From: Candidatus Woesebacteria bacterium GW2011_GWF1_31_35
GTDB taxonomy: Bacteria > Patescibacteriota > Microgenomatia > UBA8517
Direction: 5' to 3'
Length of the DNA: 64,000 nt
Assembly: GCA_001029755.1 (NCBI GenBank)
Contig: CP011214.1
Location: 129,754-193,753, forward strand
Shown: piece by piece, positions 20,905 to 31,508 of the stretch
Layout of the letters: the number at the start of each line of letters is the position of its first letter
Position numbering within the stretch: the first letter of the stretch is position 1
The notes under the pieces: generated by a model
The model's database searches: none
What the model was told of the DNA's origin: nothing
Seen by the model: the letters and a program-made list of their open reading frames with translations, nothing else
Position numbers and translations under genes: made by a program

Positions 20905-21282
20905 TTATACTCTCCTTTTCTTTTTAGGTCTTGGCCCATTATGTGGAATTGGAGTTACATCAGCAATAAGAGTAATTTTAACCCCAGATGCCTTAACTGC
21001 ACGAAGAGCAGCATCTCTACCTGGACCTGGACCTTTAACATAAATTTCAACTTCATCAACACCTTTGTCCTTAGCTTTTTTAATTGCAGTTTCAATTGCA
21101 GTAGTAGCTGCAAAAGGGGTGGATTTTCTAGTACCTTTAAAACCAGATGCACCTGCTGAACACCAAGCAACTGATCCACCAGAATTATCACAAATATTTA
21201 CTAAGGTATTATTAAAGGAAGCAGAAATATAAATTTTAGCAGGTCCTTCTTTTTTAATTTCTTTTATTTTTTTAGTTGCCAT
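20905..21282 (-). CDS. rpsK: 30S ribosomal protein S11
   Basis: GPGPGRDAALRA motif. Confidence 0.9.
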   Translation of the reverse strand: MATKKIKEIKKEGPAKIYISASFNNTLVNICDNSGGSVAWCSAGASGFKGTRKSTPFAATTAIETAIKKAKDKGVDEVEIYVKGPGPGRDAALRAVKASGVKITLIADVTPIPHNGPRPKKKRRV

Positions 21283-21304
21283 ATTTAGTATTAATTAAAT
21301 TTAA

Positions 21305-21706
21305 TTATTTAGTCGCTGTTTGTGTTGTCTTAGCTAAAACTTCTTTCTTAAATGCTCCAACTGTTTTTCTTTTTCCTCTTTTAGTTCTAGCATTAGTTTT
21401 TGTTCTTTGGCCTCTTGTAGGAAGTCCTTTGGTATGTCTAGTTCCTCTGTATGAACCAATTGCCTGAAGTCTTCCAATATCAGCTTTAACCCTTCTTACT
21501 AAATCTCCTTCAGTTGGAAATTCTTCAATTTTCCCAGAAATTTTATTTAATTCTTCAGGAGTTAGGTCCTTAATCCTTTTAGAAGGATCAAATTTAAGAC
21601 CATCTAAAAGTTTTTTAGACAAAGGCCAACCTATCCCTTTAATTCTGGTTAAACCAAAGTCAATTCTCCAATTATCATTTAATTCTATTCCTGCTATTCT
21701 TGCCAT
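21305..21706 (-). CDS. rpsM: 30S ribosomal protein S13
   Basis: MARIAGIEL start and basic C-terminal tail. Confidence 0.9.
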   Translation of the reverse strand: MARIAGIELNDNWRIDFGLTRIKGIGWPLSKKLLDGLKFDPSKRIKDLTPEELNKISGKIEEFPTEGDLVRRVKADIGRLQAIGSYRGTRHTKGLPTRGQRTKTNARTKRGKRKTVGAFKKEVLAKTTQTATK

Positions 21707-21720
21707 TTTTTTAAAATAAA

Positions 21721-21834
21721 TTATCCTTGTCTTTGCTTATGGCGAGGATTTTTACAAATAATACGTAAAACCCCAGCTCTTTTAATAAGCTTACAGTCTC
21801 TACATCTTTTTTTAACTGATGCTATAACTTTCAT
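21721..21834 (-). CDS. rpmJ: 50S ribosomal protein L36
   Basis: Found by eye: [37 protein letters not shown] (37 aa), between infA and rpsM. Confidence 0.85.
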   Translation of the reverse strand: MKVIASVKKRCRDCKLIKRAGVLRIICKNPRHKQRQG

Positions 21835-21860
21835 ATAATTTTATTGATTTTTTAAAACGT

Positions 21861-22076
21861 TTAAAACTTAAAAACTATCCTTCCTCTATCTTCATCATAT
21901 TTTGTCATTTCAACCTTGACTCTATCTCCAGGAAAAACTCTTACATATGCTTTACGCATCTTACCCTTAAGGGTGGTAAGTAAGCTTTTTCCATCTTTTG
22001 TAACTACCCTAAACATTGTATTAGGTAAAAGTTCAGTTACCATTCCCTCAATCTCATAATTTCCATCCGTTTTCAT
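21861..22076 (-). CDS. infA: translation initiation factor IF-1
   Basis: 71-aa S1-like OB fold (EGMVTELLPNTMFRV). Confidence 0.9.
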   Translation of the reverse strand: MKTDGNYEIEGMVTELLPNTMFRVVTKDGKSLLTTLKGKMRKAYVRVFPGDRVKVEMTKYDEDRGRIVFKF

Positions 22077-22111
22077 ATATAAACTATTGCTCTAATAAAA
22101 AAAATAATCAC

Positions 22112-22867
22112 TTAAGTGATTACTTTATATCCTTTCTGGGTAACAATTACTGTATCCTCAAAAAGCCCTGCTATTTTACCATCCGCAGTTGAGATTGTCC
22201 ACCCATTACTTTCTTTGACTAATTTGTGGCTACCTAAAGTGTACATTACTTCAATTGCCAAAGCCATCCCAGGAACGATTTTTGGGGTTTCAATACGAAG
22301 CCCAGACACAAAACATGGAATATATGGATTTTCATGTAAATTTTTACCAATTCCATGCCCAGTTAAATCTTTAACCACAGAATAACCACCTAAGGTAACA
22401 GACTTTTCGATTTGCTCTGAAATATCATAAATATAACTTTTGTTTGGAACAACAGAAGAAATTGCCTTTTGCAAAGATTTTTTACCAACTTTTAAAAACT
22501 CCTCAACTTCTTTATTTGGGTTAATTGCCAAACTTATTGAAGTATCTGTATGAAATCCTTTGTAAAACATACCCAAATCAATACTTACCAAATCTCCATC
22601 TTTAAAAACTATATCTTCAGATGGAATTCCGTGTACAACACCTTCATTGATATTAATGCACGTTGTCCATGAATATCCTGGAACCATTTTAAAAGAAGGT
22701 TTTCCCTCACATTCTTCTATCAACTTTTCAGCTAATTTATCAATTTCATAAGCTGAAACTCCTGCCTTTACTTCTTTTTCCAATAAATGTTTGACTTGAG
22801 AAAGTTTTTTGCCTCCTTCTTCCATTAAATTTAACTCTTCATCAGATTTAATTGTTATTTTGTTCAT
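22112..22867 (-). CDS. map: methionine aminopeptidase type I
   Basis: Pita-bread fold motifs (GHGIG, metal ligands). Confidence 0.9.
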   Translation of the reverse strand: MNKITIKSDEELNLMEEGGKKLSQVKHLLEKEVKAGVSAYEIDKLAEKLIEECEGKPSFKMVPGYSWTTCININEGVVHGIPSEDIVFKDGDLVSIDLGMFYKGFHTDTSISLAINPNKEVEEFLKVGKKSLQKAISSVVPNKSYIYDISEQIEKSVTLGGYSVVKDLTGHGIGKNLHENPYIPCFVSGLRIETPKIVPGMALAIEVMYTLGSHKLVKESNGWTISTADGKIAGLFEDTVIVTQKGYKVIT

Positions 22868-23507
22868 TTTTTACCCTTTCAACAATTTCTACTAAGTCTT
22901 TTTGAATTTCATCAATTGGTCTTTCCCCATTAACTTTTGTTAACTTTCCCATCTTTTCAACATAATCAATTAATTCTTTTGTATTATTTTCATAATATTC
23001 AAATCTTACTTTGACTGAATCTTCATTATCATCTTTTCTTTGAATTAAATTAGAACCACATTTATCACACTTTCCAGGAAACTTAGATGGTTTAGTAATT
23101 AAATTGAAATTTTCTCCACAAGCTTCACAAACTCTACGTGAAGATATTCTTTTTATTGCTTCTTCTTGACTTACATCAAGTGAAATAACTAAATCTAGAT
23201 TATCTCCCTTTGTAATTAAAAAATTTGAAAGTGCTTCAAACTGAGAGATAAAACGAGGGAAACCTTCAAACAAAATATTTTTAAGATCAGGTTTTTCATT
23301 ACTTAAAAAATTAATAACATGCATGGTCATTTCTTCAGCTGGAATTAATTTACCTGAATCAATAATTTCTTTAATTCTTTGATCTTTTTCAGCCAATTTT
23401 CTTGCAACTTCTCCTGTTGAAAGATGATAAAGGTTAAATTTTTTACATAAAAGATCTGCTTGTGTACCTTTTCCTGAGGCTGGAGAACCAAGTAAAACTA
23501 TATTCAT
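22848..23507 (-). CDS. adk: adenylate kinase with Zn-binding lid
   Basis: P-loop GSPASGKGTQ, lid CEACG...CDKCG. Confidence 0.9.
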   Translation of the reverse strand: MNIVLLGSPASGKGTQADLLCKKFNLYHLSTGEVARKLAEKDQRIKEIIDSGKLIPAEEMTMHVINFLSNEKPDLKNILFEGFPRFISQFEALSNFLITKGDNLDLVISLDVSQEEAIKRISSRRVCEACGENFNLITKPSKFPGKCDKCGSNLIQRKDDNEDSVKVRFEYYENNTKELIDYVEKMGKLTKVNGERPIDEIQKDLVEIVERVKNEQNNN

Positions 23508-24784
23508 CTTGAAAACCCTTCATATTTACTCATTAATAAATCTCCTTCAATTTCTCTAACAATTTCTAATACAACTGAGATAACAATCAATACTCCAGTT
23601 CCACCAATTGCTAAATTAGTACTTCCTACTGTTTTTTGAAATAAAGATGGTAAGACTGCAACAGAACCTAAAAATATTGCTCCAACTAAAGTAATTCTAC
23701 TTAATACATATGACAAATATTTTATAGTTGAACTTCCAGGTCTTATCCCTGGAATAAACCCACCGCTTTTCTGCAAATTTTCTGAAATTTTTTCAGGGTT
23801 AAAAACAACAGAAGTATAAAAGTATGTAAATCCAACAACTAACAAAAAGTAAATTACGTTATAAGAAATTGATGTTGGATTAAAAAACTTTTGGATTGCT
23901 CCAGATATACTAATAATTGCAGAATTATTTGAGGCACTTAAAAATTGAGTGACCATACTTGGCATTAAAACAAGAGAAACTGCAAAGATTATTGGAATTA
24001 CTCCTGCCTGATTTAAACGAAGTGGCAAATATGAAGAAGATTGTCTTAAACCTCTTGATGCTTTTGCATAACTTATTGGAATTTGTCTTATTGCCTCATT
24101 TACAAAAATGATAAGACCAATAACTGCAATTGCACTTACTCCAAAGATTATTAGTTTTAAAATATCTTGTGAATTAAAGGTTGAAATTGTTTGACCTAAT
24201 GTAATTGGAAGTCTTGAAATAATTCCAACAAAAATCAAAAATGAAATTCCACTTTTAAATGCATATTCTGTAATTAAATCTCCAAGCCAAACAGCAAACA
24301 TTGTTCCAGCCGTCATTGTTAGACAAAGAATTATTAATTGGGAAATGCTTAAATTTCCAATTACATTTTGAGATTTTAAAAGCATATACATTCCAAAACT
24401 TTGCATAATAGCAAGAGGTACGGTTAAAAATCTTGTATATTGATTTATTTTTTCTTGTCCGTATTCACCCTCTTTTTGTAATTCTTCTAAGGAAGGTATT
24501 ACATAACCCAATAGCTGCAAAATAATTGAGGCATTAATGTAAGGATTTAAACCTAATGCCATTATTGAAAAATTAGCTAAAGTTCCACCAGAAAAAACAT
24601 CTAAAAGAGATAAAAGTGGGCTACCTGCAAATAAAGCTGAAAGACTATTTTTGTCAATTCCAGCAGCAGGAATATGAGCTGCAATTCTAAAAACTAAAAG
24701 TATAAGTGCGGTAATCAACACTTTTTTCCTTAACCCTGGATGAGTTACAACTTTTTTAAAAAAATGGGCAATAGATGAAAACAT
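23504..24784 (-). CDS. secY: protein translocase subunit SecY
   Basis: 10-TM protein at the standard position after rplO. Confidence 0.9.
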   Translation of the reverse strand: MFSSIAHFFKKVVTHPGLRKKVLITALILLVFRIAAHIPAAGIDKNSLSALFAGSPLLSLLDVFSGGTLANFSIMALGLNPYINASIILQLLGYVIPSLEELQKEGEYGQEKINQYTRFLTVPLAIMQSFGMYMLLKSQNVIGNLSISQLIILCLTMTAGTMFAVWLGDLITEYAFKSGISFLIFVGIISRLPITLGQTISTFNSQDILKLIIFGVSAIAVIGLIIFVNEAIRQIPISYAKASRGLRQSSSYLPLRLNQAGVIPIIFAVSLVLMPSMVTQFLSASNNSAIISISGAIQKFFNPTSISYNVIYFLLVVGFTYFYTSVVFNPEKISENLQKSGGFIPGIRPGSSTIKYLSYVLSRITLVGAIFLGSVAVLPSLFQKTVGSTNLAIGGTGVLIVISVVLEIVREIEGDLLMSKYEGFSR

Positions 24785-24804
24785 TAATTTTAAAATAGAT
24801 AAAA

Positions 24805-25170
24805 CTATTTCGACATTGGCACTAAAATTTCAAGATCTTTCCTTAAACTTCCCTTTCCTAAAATCTTAACTCCGTAAGTAAAGGCATCCTTTTTACTTAT
24901 AATTCCTTTTTCTATCAAAGAATCAAGATCAACTTTTGATCCTTTTTTAAAAACTTTCAACTTATCTAAAGAAATTGTTATTGGTTTTTTCTTAGCAAGA
25001 AACTTACCCTTACCACGAAGTAAAGGAAATTTCTTTAAAGTTGATTTTTTAACTTTTACTCCTTCAAAAAGAATATGTATACTTGTTCTAGCTTTTTGTC
25101 CTTTTTGACCACGACCAGAGGTATGACCTCCTTTACCACTTCCATAACCTCTGCCTAATCTTTTAGCCAT
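24805..25170 (-). CDS. rplO: 50S ribosomal protein L15
   Basis: Gly/Arg-rich N-terminus (RGYGSGKGGHTSGRGQKGQ). Confidence 0.85.
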   Translation of the reverse strand: MAKRLGRGYGSGKGGHTSGRGQKGQKARTSIHILFEGVKVKKSTLKKFPLLRGKGKFLAKKKPITISLDKLKVFKKGSKVDLDSLIEKGIISKKDAFTYGVKILGKGSLRKDLEILVPMSK

Positions 25171-25655
25171 TATTTTTTACCTCCTTCTTTTTGAAAATCT
25201 TTCTTTAAAATCAAAAGTGATGCTTTTTCCAAAGCTAAAATTGTTGCTTTAACATTTGATATTTTATTATTACTTCCTAATGTTTTTCCAACAACATCCC
25301 TTAAACCAGCTGATTCTAATACAACCCTCATAGGACCACCCGCAATAATTCCTGACCCTGGAGGAGCTGGTTTTAATAAAACTTTAGAAGCTCCAAATTT
25401 GGCTCTCATAGAAAATGGAATTGTAGTACCCTTCATCGTAATTTTAACCATTTTTTTCTTAGCAGCTTCTATTGCTTTTCTAATAGCATTCCTAACATCA
25501 TGTGCTTTTGCATTACCTACTCCAACTTTTCCTTTTTTATCACCCAAAACAACTAAAGCAGCAAATCTTATTTGATTTCCACCTTTAGTTTTTTTAGAAA
25601 TTCTATTAATCTGAACTACTGTTTCTGTAAATTCTCTTTCTTCTCTATAATCCAT
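25170..25655 (-). CDS. rpsE: 30S ribosomal protein S5
   Basis: S5 dsRBD plus C-terminal domain. Abuts rplO with no L30 gene between them. Confidence 0.9.
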   Translation of the reverse strand: MDYREEREFTETVVQINRISKKTKGGNQIRFAALVVLGDKKGKVGVGNAKAHDVRNAIRKAIEAAKKKMVKITMKGTTIPFSMRAKFGASKVLLKPAPPGSGIIAGGPMRVVLESAGLRDVVGKTLGSNNKISNVKATILALEKASLLILKKDFQKEGGKK

Positions 25656-25686
25656 ATTTATATTTTAATTTTAACTTCTAATTAAG

Positions 25687-26034
25687 TTAAAATTCTAAAC
25701 CTCCTTCTCTTGCTCCATCAGCGACAGCTTTAATCTTTCCATGATATTTATAACCACCTTTATCAAAAACTGTTTTTTTGATCTTTTTTGTCTTTGCCTT
25801 TTCTGCTAAAAGTTTACCTAACTCCTTTGCTCTGCCTATACCATCTTTTTCTAATTTACCAAGTTTTCCTAAACTTTTATCAGACATTGATACAATTGTT
25901 AAACCTTTTTCATCATCAATAATTTGAGCTGAAACAAATTTATTTGATCTAAAAACAGAAAGTCTAGGCCTTATTCCAGTACCATTAATTTTTGATCTTA
26001 CTCTAAATTTTCTTCTATCAAATTTTGTTTTCAT
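25687..26034 (-). CDS. rplR: 50S ribosomal protein L18
   Basis: L18 core at the standard spc position. Confidence 0.85.
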   Translation of the reverse strand: MKTKFDRRKFRVRSKINGTGIRPRLSVFRSNKFVSAQIIDDEKGLTIVSMSDKSLGKLGKLEKDGIGRAKELGKLLAEKAKTKKIKKTVFDKGGYKYHGKIKAVADGAREGGLEF

Positions 26035-26050
26035 AATTTTTTATTTATGC

Positions 26051-26596
26051 TTATTGGGCTGCAGCTTTAGCTGCCTTTCCCGCTTTTCTTCTTATTATTT
26101 CATCAATATATTTAACGCCTTTTCCTTTATAAGGTTCTGGTGGACGTGAACTTCTAATATTAGCTGATACCTGACCTACAACTTGTTTATCAATGCCTTC
26201 TACTGTAATAATACTTTTTTCAACTTTAAAAGTTATTCCTTCAGGGGCTTCAATTTTAATAGGATGAGAATATCCAACTGTTAAAACTAAAGTATTACCA
26301 TTAACTTCAGCTCTATAACCAGTTCCCACAAGTTCCAATTGTTTTTTCCAACCCTCAGTTACTCCTTTTATCATATTAGAAATTAACATTCTAGTTGTAC
26401 CCCAAATTGATCTTGCAATTTTACTATCCTTTGCAATTCCAACTAGAACTTTACCTTCATCAATTTTGACATTTACTTCCTTAGTAAAATTAAATGATAA
26501 TTTACCTTTAGGACCTACTACATCAACAGCATTTCCGTTTATTTCAACAGTTACTCCATTTGGTATTTCGATTGGTTGTTGTCCGATTTTACTCAT
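26051..26596 (-). CDS. rplF: 50S ribosomal protein L6
   Basis: Two-domain L6. Confidence 0.9.
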   Translation of the reverse strand: MSKIGQQPIEIPNGVTVEINGNAVDVVGPKGKLSFNFTKEVNVKIDEGKVLVGIAKDSKIARSIWGTTRMLISNMIKGVTEGWKKQLELVGTGYRAEVNGNTLVLTVGYSHPIKIEAPEGITFKVEKSIITVEGIDKQVVGQVSANIRSSRPPEPYKGKGVKYIDEIIRRKAGKAAKAAAQ

Positions 26597-26606
26597 ATTT
26601 TTATTT

Positions 26607-26984
26607 TTAAATTACTTTAGCTATTACCTCTCCACCAACTCTTAATTTCTTCGCCATTTTCCCTGAGATAACACCCTTAGGGGTAGTTAATATATAAATA
26701 TCAGGGGTTTTTATTTTTTCAATTTCATCTGCACTCATATAAATTCTTAATCCTGGTCTTGAAATAATTGTCACATTAGAAAGAACTGGTTTCTTACTAA
26801 ATATCGTTAATTTAACAATTATTTTTCCATCTTTTTCTTCAACAGAATCCAAAAATCTTTCAGCCTTTAAAGCTTTAGCCACTTCTAAAACTAATTTTGT
26901 CTTTGGAAAGACAACTTCTTTTATATTTGCCATTGCAGCATTTTTAAGTCTTATTAAAAAATCTCCAACTTGATAGTTTGTCAT
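26607..26984 (-). CDS. rpsH: 30S ribosomal protein S8
   Basis: MTNYQVGDFLIRLKNA. Confidence 0.9.
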   Translation of the reverse strand: MTNYQVGDFLIRLKNAAMANIKEVVFPKTKLVLEVAKALKAERFLDSVEEKDGKIIVKLTIFSKKPVLSNVTIISRPGLRIYMSADEIEKIKTPDIYILTTPKGVISGKMAKKLRVGGEVIAKVI

Positions 26985-26987
26985 ATT

Positions 26988-27173
26988 TTACCAACTTGCC
27001 TTTCTAACTCCAGGAATTTCTCCATTTAGAGCATGTTCTCTAAAACAAAGTCTACATATTCCATATTTCCTCATATAACCTCTTGGCCTTCCACAAAGCT
27101 TACATCTATTTCTATATCTAATTTTATATTTTAATTTCTTTGTTTCTCTAACTTCTTTTGATTTTTTCGCCAT
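26988..27173 (-). CDS. rpsZ: 30S ribosomal protein S14 type Z (zinc-binding)
   Basis: 61 aa, CKLCGRP...CRLCFRE. Confidence 0.9.
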   Translation of the reverse strand: MAKKSKEVRETKKLKYKIRYRNRCKLCGRPRGYMRKYGICRLCFREHALNGEIPGVRKASW

Positions 27174-27197
27174 ATTTTTAAAATTTATTTAGTGTCG

Positions 27198-27740
27198 TCA
27201 ATTCTTGATAAAAGGCATACCCATTAGTTCTAATAATCTTGTTCCTTTTTCAATTGATCCTGCATTTGTAACAAATGTAATTTCCATTCCATGTGGATTG
27301 GCAGCTTTTGTGATATCAATTTCAGGAAAAACTGTATGATCAGTTAAACCTACGGTGTAACTTCCAAATCTATCAAAACTAGTTCTTTTAACACCTCTAA
27401 AATCTCTTAACCTTGGAAGTACAATATTAACAAACTTATCAAAAAAATCATACATTCTTTCTCCTCTTAAAGTAGCTGCTAAGCCTACCACCATTCCTTC
27501 TCTAATTCCAAATGTAGCAACTGAAAGTTTAGCTTGTTTTTCAGCTAACTTCTGACCTGCAATTGCTGTAAAGTCTCGTATTAAACTGTCTTTTAATTCT
27601 TTATTTTTTAAAGAATCACCAATACCTACGTTAATATTAATTTTAGTAAGTTTAGGAATTGCCATTACATTTTTAACACCAAATTCACTTACTAGTGTTT
27701 TCTTTATCTCTTTGTTATATTTTTCGTTTAATCTACTCAT
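27198..27740 (-). CDS. rplE: 50S ribosomal protein L5
   Basis: L5 core. Confidence 0.9.
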   Translation of the reverse strand: MSRLNEKYNKEIKKTLVSEFGVKNVMAIPKLTKININVGIGDSLKNKELKDSLIRDFTAIAGQKLAEKQAKLSVATFGIREGMVVGLAATLRGERMYDFFDKFVNIVLPRLRDFRGVKRTSFDRFGSYTVGLTDHTVFPEIDITKAANPHGMEITFVTNAGSIEKGTRLLELMGMPFIKN

Positions 27741-27769
27741 ATTTCTTTTTATATATATTTATTTTAAAT

Positions 27770-28072
27770 TTATATTTCCTTTTTACATTTTTTACAAATT
27801 CTTACTTTTTCATTTTTTACAAGTCTTACACCAACTCTTGTTACTTTTTTACAAAGTGGGCAAATTAAAGCGATTTTAGCTAAATTAAGAGGTCTTGGTA
27901 TATCATAAACTCCACCTTTTTGTCCTTGTGAACCTTTTATATGTTTTTTATAAATATTTACACCAGGAACCACAACGGTATTTTCTTTAGGTGATATTTT
28001 TTCAATTTTTCCCTCTCTACCTTTATCCTTACCTGCTGTTATTTTTACTGTATCTCCAACTTTTAATTTCAT
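27770..28072 (-). CDS. rplX: 50S ribosomal protein L24 with C-terminal Cys4 zinc-ribbon extension
   Basis: KOW motif KVGDTVKITAGKDKG. Extra C-terminal CPLC...CKKC. Start chosen at MKLKVGD, because the track start at 28111 would overlap rplN by 29 nt. Confidence 0.85.
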   Translation of the reverse strand: MKLKVGDTVKITAGKDKGREGKIEKISPKENTVVVPGVNIYKKHIKGSQGQKGGVYDIPRPLNLAKIALICPLCKKVTRVGVRLVKNEKVRICKKCKKEI

Positions 28073-28082
28073 GTTATTTTTT

Positions 28083-28448
28083 TTAAACAACCTCCCTTGA
28101 TAATGATGCAATTTTATTAAATCCTACTTCTTTAACTTCCCTTGCTAGAGGTCCTAGTATTCTAGTTCCTAAAGGCATTCCCTGTTTGTCAATTACGACT
28201 CCTGCATTATCATCAAATCGTATATAAGTTCCATCAAACCTTCTTACTTCTTTTTTTGTTCTAACAATTAAAACTTTTACCTTTTCATGATCTTTTACTG
28301 TTCCATTTGGATCAGCACCCCTAACAACACAAAGGACAACATCTCCTAGGGTTGCTATCTTCCCAACTCTTCCAGGAACTCCAATTATCATTAATTTCTT
28401 TGCTCCTGAATTATCTGCTGGAACTAAAAATGATCTTAATTGAACCAT
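28083..28448 (-). CDS. rplN: 50S ribosomal protein L14
   Basis: [18 protein letters not shown]. Confidence 0.9.
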   Translation of the reverse strand: MVQLRSFLVPADNSGAKKLMIIGVPGRVGKIATLGDVVLCVVRGADPNGTVKDHEKVKVLIVRTKKEVRRFDGTYIRFDDNAGVVIDKQGMPLGTRILGPLAREVKEVGFNKIASLSREVV

Positions 28449-28449
28449 A

Positions 28450-28671
28450 TTATTTTTCTAATACCCTCCATCTTTTTGTTTTACTAATAGGTCTTGTTTC
28501 TACAAATTTAATGGTCTCGCCAACTTTTAATTCTTTCTCTGAATGAACTTGATATTTTTTATTTCTCTTGAATCTTTTTTTGTAAATTGGATGAGCCAAA
28601 AATCTTTCCACTTCAATAGTTACCGTCTTTGGCATCTTTGTTGATATTATTTTTCCTGTAAATATTTTCAT
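28450..28671 (-). CDS. rpsQ: 30S ribosomal protein S17
   Basis: OB-fold S17. Confidence 0.9.
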   Translation of the reverse strand: MKIFTGKIISTKMPKTVTIEVERFLAHPIYKKRFKRNKKYQVHSEKELKVGETIKFVETRPISKTKRWRVLEK

Positions 28672-28694
28672 AATTATAAATTTATAAGCTTCAC

Positions 28695-28910
28695 TTATTT
28701 TTTATTACTTTCTAAAAATTCCTTTTCTTTAATTATTGACATAATCTGTGCAATTTCTTTTTTTAATGCCCAGGTCTTTTTCAAATTTTTTTCTTTACCA
28801 GAGAGCATTTTAACCTGATTTTTAAGAAGTTCAAGCTTTTTTTTCAAAACCAAAGCTTTTAATTCTTTTATTTCTTTAATTTTAATACTCTGTAATTCTT
28901 TTATTTTCAT
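28695..28910 (-). CDS. rpmC: 50S ribosomal protein L29
   Basis: Helical Lys/Glu-rich 71-aa protein at the L29 position. Confidence 0.8.
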   Translation of the reverse strand: MKIKELQSIKIKEIKELKALVLKKKLELLKNQVKMLSGKEKNLKKTWALKKEIAQIMSIIKEKEFLESNKK

Positions 28911-28924
28911 ATATTTTTATTAAG

Positions 28925-29329
28925 TTATTTCTCTACCATTTTTGTAGCTATCGGTAATTTTGCTGCTGCTCTTAAAAATGCTTCTTTAACAATTTCTTTT
29001 GAAGCCCCTGCTACTTCAAACAAAATTCTACCAGGTTTTACAACTGCAACGTGTTTTTCTACGTCTCCTTTACCTCCACCCATTCTTTTTCCTGCAGCTC
29101 TACCTGATATTGGTTTATCTGGAAAAATTCTAATCCAAACTTTACCACCTCTTTTAAGATGATGTGAAATAGCTTTTCTAGCAGCTTCAATTTGTGCTGC
29201 ACTAACCCAAGCAACTTCCATTGCTTTAAGTCCAAAATCTCCGAAAGAAATTGAACTTCCTCGAAGTGCTGTACCTCTTCTTCTACCTCTAAAATTTTTT
29301 GTAAATTTTTCTCTTTTTGGCTGCAACAT
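28925..29329 (-). CDS. rplP: 50S ribosomal protein L16
   Basis: MLQPKR...RGRRRG start. Confidence 0.9.
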   Translation of the reverse strand: MLQPKREKFTKNFRGRRRGTALRGSSISFGDFGLKAMEVAWVSAAQIEAARKAISHHLKRGGKVWIRIFPDKPISGRAAGKRMGGGKGDVEKHVAVVKPGRILFEVAGASKEIVKEAFLRAAAKLPIATKMVEK

Positions 29330-29983
29330 TCAAACTTCTTCCTTTCTATGTATCCAAACTTTAACACCTACATAACCTCTTTTTGTCAGTGCAGGAATTT
29401 CTGCATAATCAATATCTTCTCTTAAAGTTTGAGTTGGAACGGAACCTTGATGGAACTTTTCTACTCTTGAAATTTCAGCTCCATTAATACGACCCCCTAA
29501 TACAATTTTAATTCCTCCAGCTCTTGCCATCATTACTCTTTCCATTGCTTTTGTAACCGATCTTCTATGTGGAATTCTTTTTTCTAAATCTGATGCAATT
29601 CTTTCTGCTACTAAATAAGCTGAAAGTTCAGGTGACTTTACCTCATTAACTTTTAAATCAATCTTTAAACTTTCAACTTTAGTTACTTTACTAGTTTTTA
29701 AAATTTCAACTATAAATTTTTTCAATTCTTCAATTCCAGATCCACCTCGACCAATTACTACTCCTGGTCTTGAAACAGAAACTATAATAACTATACTTTT
29801 AGGGAGTCTTTCTATTTCTACTCCAACAATTCCAGCAACTGTCAATTTTTTCATTAAAGCTTCTCTTATTTTTATATCTTCTAATAATAGATGTTTATAT
29901 AAATTGTTATTCGAAAACCATCTAGATTTCCAACCTATTGTTCTTCCTGTTCTAAAACCAATTGGATTAACTTTTTGTCCCAT
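29330..29983 (-). CDS. rpsC: 30S ribosomal protein S3
   Basis: KH-like domain plus C-terminal domain. Confidence 0.9.
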   Translation of the reverse strand: MGQKVNPIGFRTGRTIGWKSRWFSNNNLYKHLLLEDIKIREALMKKLTVAGIVGVEIERLPKSIVIIVSVSRPGVVIGRGGSGIEELKKFIVEILKTSKVTKVESLKIDLKVNEVKSPELSAYLVAERIASDLEKRIPHRRSVTKAMERVMMARAGGIKIVLGGRINGAEISRVEKFHQGSVPTQTLREDIDYAEIPALTKRGYVGVKVWIHRKEEV

Positions 29984-30413
29984 TTTTATTTCCTTTCTTT
30001 ACTACCGTTTTAACGATTCTTTTCACTTCTTTCTTTTTATCTTCAATTTTTTCTTTTTCTTTATTTTCTTTTGAAACTATTGCTTCCTTAGAAGCCAAGA
30101 TAACTTTAATATGACTCATTCTTTTTTTAATTGGATGCCATCTTCCACGAGACACTGGCATTCCTCTTTTAAGTCTTGGTCCTTCTCCAATTTGTATTTC
30201 TTTAAAACTTAAATTATTAACATCAATTCCTTTTTGGCTTGCATTAGCAACGGCCGATTTAATTACCTTTAACACATATTCTGATGCTCTCTTTTTGATA
30301 AAAGGTAAAACTTCCAAAGCCTTACTGGGTGTTAATTTTTTAATAACATCAACTACTGGTCTAATTTTTCTTGGACTTAGTAATAAATATTTTTGTTCTG
30401 CTTTAAATTCCAT
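29967..30413 (-). CDS. rplV: 50S ribosomal protein L22 with Lys-rich C-terminal extension
   Basis: L22 core plus KENKEKEKIEDKKKEVKR tail. Confidence 0.85.
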   Translation of the reverse strand: MEFKAEQKYLLLSPRKIRPVVDVIKKLTPSKALEVLPFIKKRASEYVLKVIKSAVANASQKGIDVNNLSFKEIQIGEGPRLKRGMPVSRGRWHPIKKRMSHIKVILASKEAIVSKENKEKEKIEDKKKEVKRIVKTVVKKGNKNGTKS

Positions 30414-30448
30414 ATTTTTTTTATAATTTCATAAATTACAAGCTTCGT

Positions 30449-30730
30449 TTATGTTTTATCCATTGTTCTTTTAACAATTTCTCCGTGTCCTTTAAATGTT
30501 CTTGTTGGTGAAAATTCACCTAATGTATAACCCACCATGTCTTCGCTAACAAAAACATCAATAAATACTTTCCCGTTATGAACTTGAAAATATTTATTTA
30601 CAAATTCAGGTGGAATTTTAGAAGATCTTGACCATGTTTTTATTGGATTTTCCTTCAAACCCATGCCAGACTCTAGCTTTTTAATAAGTCTTTCATCTAC
30701 ATATGGTCCTTTTTTACTACTTCTACTCAT
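30449..30730 (-). CDS. rpsS: 30S ribosomal protein S19
   Basis: S19 core. Confidence 0.9.
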   Translation of the reverse strand: MSRSSKKGPYVDERLIKKLESGMGLKENPIKTWSRSSKIPPEFVNKYFQVHNGKVFIDVFVSEDMVGYTLGEFSPTRTFKGHGEIVKRTMDKT

Positions 30731-30732
30731 AT

Positions 30733-31476
30733 TTATTTTTTACCTCTCTGTCTACCTTCAACAATTGTGTGTCTAGAATATTTCTTTGGATTTCTAGTTT
30801 TACCTACTGCTTTCTTTCCCCAAGGTGTTTTAGGATACTTCATACCAACCCTACTTCTTCCTTCTCCTCCTCCATGCGGATGAGCATCAGGATGCATTGC
30901 TACACCTCTTACAGCGGGTCTAACACCCCTCCACCTATTCGCTCCTGCCTTACCTAGTTTCTTGTCTTTATCTCCAACATTTCCTATCTGACCAATTACT
31001 GCTGAACATTCCAGGTCAAATCTTCTAATTTCACCAGATGGCATTTTAATTAAAACACTTTTTTCATCTTTTCCAAAAACTGTTGCTAAATTTCCTGCTC
31101 CTCTAGCAATTTGGCCACCTTTACCTTTTGTTATCTCAACATTATTAACTTGTGTTCCGACTGGAATTTTAGCAAGTGGAAGACAATTACCAACCTCCAA
31201 AGGTGCTTCATTTGAAGAAATTACTTTCATTCCTTCTTTCAAGTCGTTGGGTGCTATTATATAGCTACGCAAGCCATCCGCATAGACCAATCTTGCAATT
31301 CTTGCATTTCTATTTGGATCATATTCAATAGCCTCAACTGTAGCCCAAATTTCTTTTTTGTCTCTTTTAAAATCTATAACTCGCAAAAATCTTTTAGAAC
31401 GACCACCTTGGTGTCTTACAGTTACTTTTCCATTACTTCTTCCTGAATGTTTTTGTAATATTTTTTTAAGTTTCAT
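30733..31476 (-). CDS. rplB: 50S ribosomal protein L2, N-terminally short
   Basis: Conserved GRNxxGxITxRHxGGG and the C-terminal HP.GGGEGR. Lacks about 25 N-terminal residues relative to typical L2. Confidence 0.9.
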   Translation of the reverse strand: MKLKKILQKHSGRSNGKVTVRHQGGRSKRFLRVIDFKRDKKEIWATVEAIEYDPNRNARIARLVYADGLRSYIIAPNDLKEGMKVISSNEAPLEVGNCLPLAKIPVGTQVNNVEITKGKGGQIARGAGNLATVFGKDEKSVLIKMPSGEIRRFDLECSAVIGQIGNVGDKDKKLGKAGANRWRGVRPAVRGVAMHPDAHPHGGGEGRSRVGMKYPKTPWGKKAVGKTRNPKKYSRHTIVEGRQRGKK

Positions 31477-31508
31477 ATATTTATATTTATTTATCTTTTT
31501 ATATTATT

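Noticed and set aside
20941-21191. Two small ORFs (plus and minus strand) inside rpsK
   Set aside because: They are out-of-frame overlaps of a highly conserved ribosomal gene.
29059-29367. 102-aa minus-strand ORF
   Set aside because: It overlaps rplP and rpsC in another frame and has low-complexity Lys/Glu composition.
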